Positions 59,968 through 64,000 of a stretch of DNA of 64,000 nucleotides are shown in pieces; position 1 is the first letter of the stretch; each line of letters opens with the position of its first letter. This DNA is from Eledone cirrhosa (lineage: Eukaryota): assembly GCA_964016885.1 (NCBI GenBank), contig OZ024745.1, positions 24,118,001-24,182,000 of the forward strand. Direction: 5' to 3'. The translations under genes and the position numbers were made by a program. The notes beneath the pieces were generated by a model, which was not told the origin of the DNA, made no database searches, and saw only the letters and a list, made by a program, of their open reading frames with translations.

Positions 59968-60075
59968 GAATGAAATAATTAACTTATGTTGTTTATTACA
60001 TAACTAATAAGCTCTTTAACCTACATTGAGCACTCTTTTTTCCTTGCCCTTTCCGACGGAATTACTTCATTCAAC

Positions 60076-60156
<81 letters not shown>

Positions 60157-60158
60157 AC

Positions 60159-60218
<60 letters not shown>

Positions 60219-60225
60219 ACGTGTA

Positions 60226-60925
<700 letters not shown>

Positions 60926-60944
60926 ATAGATAGATAGATATACA

Positions 60945-61036
<92 letters not shown>

Positions 61037-61061
61037 TGTAATAAACAACATAAGATAATTA

Positions 61062-61121
61062 TTTCATTTACCAGTGGTTTCTTGAAAGCAAATAAATCTG
61101 CTTTCAGTCGTCAGATTGAAA
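61062..61121 (-). ncRNA. type I hammerhead ribozyme
   Basis: Minus strand TTTCAAT-CTGACGA-cTGAAAGCAGAT tt ATTTGCTTTCAa-GAAA-CCA c TGG-TA-AATGAAA. Confidence 0.8.
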
Positions 61122-61313
61122 AAATCCTGGTGTTTTTATTGAATGAGGATTTGAAAACAAAAATATAAGAAATATGAAAGTTAGGCTGAAGGAAGAAGAA
61201 AAAAAGATAATAGATATAAAATTATATAAACACACAAACACACAAACACACACGTATACATATATACATATATATATATATAAATATACATACACATACA
61301 TATAAATACACAA

Positions 61314-61354
<41 letters not shown>

Positions 61355-61407
61355 GACATAGACATATATGTATATACATATACATATACATACATATATA
61401 TATATAC

Positions 61408-61444
<37 letters not shown>

Positions 61445-61808
61445 AAAAAAATATATATATATACATATATATATATATAAAATTATAAAATTTAATTTAA
61501 AATAAATAAACGAATATAATGCATATACTAAAGTAAGCAGTCATAGCTCTTTACAAAGACAAAATACATATACATGAAATCAAAATAATAAATAAATAAA
61601 AGTAAAAAATAAAGTCAAATATAAAAAATAAAAAATAAAGAAATAAAAAATAAAAAATGAGCAAGTTGACAGCGATACGAAAGAGGAAAAAAACACAAAT
61701 AAAAATATATAAACAAACACATGGTAAGCAAATGCACAAAATAAAATAAATATATATATATATATACAATATATTAATCAATGGAAACTATATTTATAAA
61801 ACCATAAT

Positions 61809-61873
61809 TATTTTATTATATATATTTCAAGGGCAACCGAGGCAATTTTGGTGCGCTTTCATCAGATAAAATA
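61809..61873 (-). ncRNA. type I hammerhead ribozyme
   Basis: Minus strand TATTTTAT-CTGATGA-aagcgcacc..ggttgccctt-GAAA-TATATA-TA-ATAAAATA. Confidence 0.75.
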
Positions 61874-61938
61874 CAAAATATGTTTTATAAATGTTGACAT
61901 ACCCGTAGATAAACAACCTTGACGGTTGAAGGTTCGCT

Positions 61939-61993
<55 letters not shown>

Positions 61994-62074
61994 GATAAGC
62001 AGAACAAGTAAAATTCAATCAATTATTTAAAATACATTAAAAAATACAATATAAATATTTACCTCTCCTAGTGG

Positions 62075-62153
62075 CCCTTACTGATCAGTTTCGCTTTGTA
62101 AAACCTCATAAATCCGATGGATTTCTGATGGAAAACCAAAGCTCATCAGAGAA
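62075..62153 (-). ncRNA. type I hammerhead ribozyme within a ~490-bp partial tandem unit
   Basis: Minus strand TTCT-CTGATGA-GCTTTG..CAAAGC-GAAA-CTGATCAG-TA-AGGG. 61996-62058 repeats at ~62484-62545. Confidence 0.8.
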
Positions 62154-62535
62154 GCATTTTCCTTTCCTAGGGCTAAACGTCCCAGGAACGACAAAATATA
62201 TGACCTCCTGCCAGCAAATAAAGGTTTGAAAGGTCGTAAAAGTGACCCGTATGTAAACTGCACCGAAGTAAAAGCGGGAAAATCAAAGACTTGCTGTCTA
62301 CAATTACTACTAAAAAAAAATAGCAGCTAAATAGAACAACAGATTTGTTCTCAACATAACGGAAATAATGAATGAAGTTAATATGTCCAAGGATACTAGG
62401 TACCCCTAGAAATACATAGGTTGTCTATGATTCAAGGTTGTTCAATGGTATTAATTTGATACACCAGAACTTTAATATTAAGTTAAGCAGAACAAGTAAA
62501 ATACAATCAATTTTTAAAAATACATTAAAAATATA

Positions 62536-62570
<35 letters not shown>

Positions 62571-62949
62571 CGCACACATACACACATTCACAATTATGTA
62601 TATATATACACACACATACATAAACATATACACACATACATACACGTACACATACAGGGAAATATACACACACATAACATATACACACATATACATGAGA
62701 AAAAATACATACAACCACATGCACACATATATATATAAATAATTACTTATATATAAAAATATACATACATACACACATACGCATATGTACACATACATAT
62801 GCAGGCACATACATACACATAAATAAAATATATATATAAAAGAAGTCGAAATGTTTATAACTGATTTAGAGCACTTAACAAGTTCGTGGAGTAAAATGAT
62901 ATTAAATATTTAATATCTTTCTATATAATTGTATATATATATAAATATA

Positions 62950-63260
<311 letters not shown>

Positions 63261-63542
63261 TCTCTATATTTATCTCCAAATTAATTTTTGAGCAAAACTT
63301 GCCAAAATTTACTGATGTTTCATGGTAGTAGTAGGCTCTTGTCATAATACCACCCCGTTCCTAACTGATTAACCTCGGTGTCACGTGATTGATTCTTTAG
63401 AATCTGCCACTGACCAGAGGCAGTGAAATTTTTTCAGTGCTCTGGAATTTAGTCCTCGCTAGCTTCATTCCATCTACTGAATTATTATTTTTATATGGGT
63501 TCCTAGTGTCCGCGCATTGCCTGGGAACGTACCTGAGAATAG

Positions 63543-63616
63543 ACTCCCTGATGACGTAATGAATTCTCTATAGTTATATATATTATGTAACTATACAGAA
63601 ACTAATTAGTTGGAGT
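63543..63616 (+). ncRNA. type I hammerhead ribozyme
   Basis: ACTCC-CTGATGA-cgtaatg..taca-GAAA-CTAATTAG-TT-GGAGT. Confidence 0.8.
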
Positions 63617-63672
63617 GAAAATTTTAGTAAGTAAGTTGATTTTTAATTTTAAAAATTTTCTTATTTTACGTC

Positions 63673-63721
<49 letters not shown>

Positions 63722-63774
63722 TACATCAAGTTACATCACCACATAATATAAAAATACACACACACACATATATA

Positions 63775-63873
<99 letters not shown>

Positions 63874-64000
63874 GTACATATAAATAAATATACATACTCA
63901 CACAAACATATAAACAAAGACGTGCATATTCACGCAAAATAAATACACACGCACATAAGCACACACACATATATATATATATACATATATATACACACAC

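Overview
AT-rich, microsatellite-saturated eukaryotic intergenic or intronic DNA. The SINE and retroelement mix suggests a coleoid cephalopod (octopod-like); this is inference only. No intact host gene is visible, and most ORF-track entries are (TA)n/(CA)n/(GA)n/(CATA)n artefacts. Real coding remnants are all retroelements: Tx1/L1-like (APE+RT), RTE, R4/Dong-like (RT+RLE) and Penelope-like GIY-YIG endonucleases. There are also tRNA-derived SINEs, mariner/Tc1 MITEs and a Helitron-type element. The main hidden signal is the unique-looking islands between (TA)n tracts. Many are termini of Penelope-like elements or retrozymes in inverted or tandem arrangement, and at least a dozen distinct sequence families carry a type I minimal hammerhead ribozyme (CUGANGA...GAAA...UH). 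These include a 462-nt tandem retrozyme-like array, a U3-A8 core variant, position-4 variants, long-stem-II forms, and palindromic stem III sequences that covary between families. All folds were derived by eye and activity is untested. Element boundaries are approximate.
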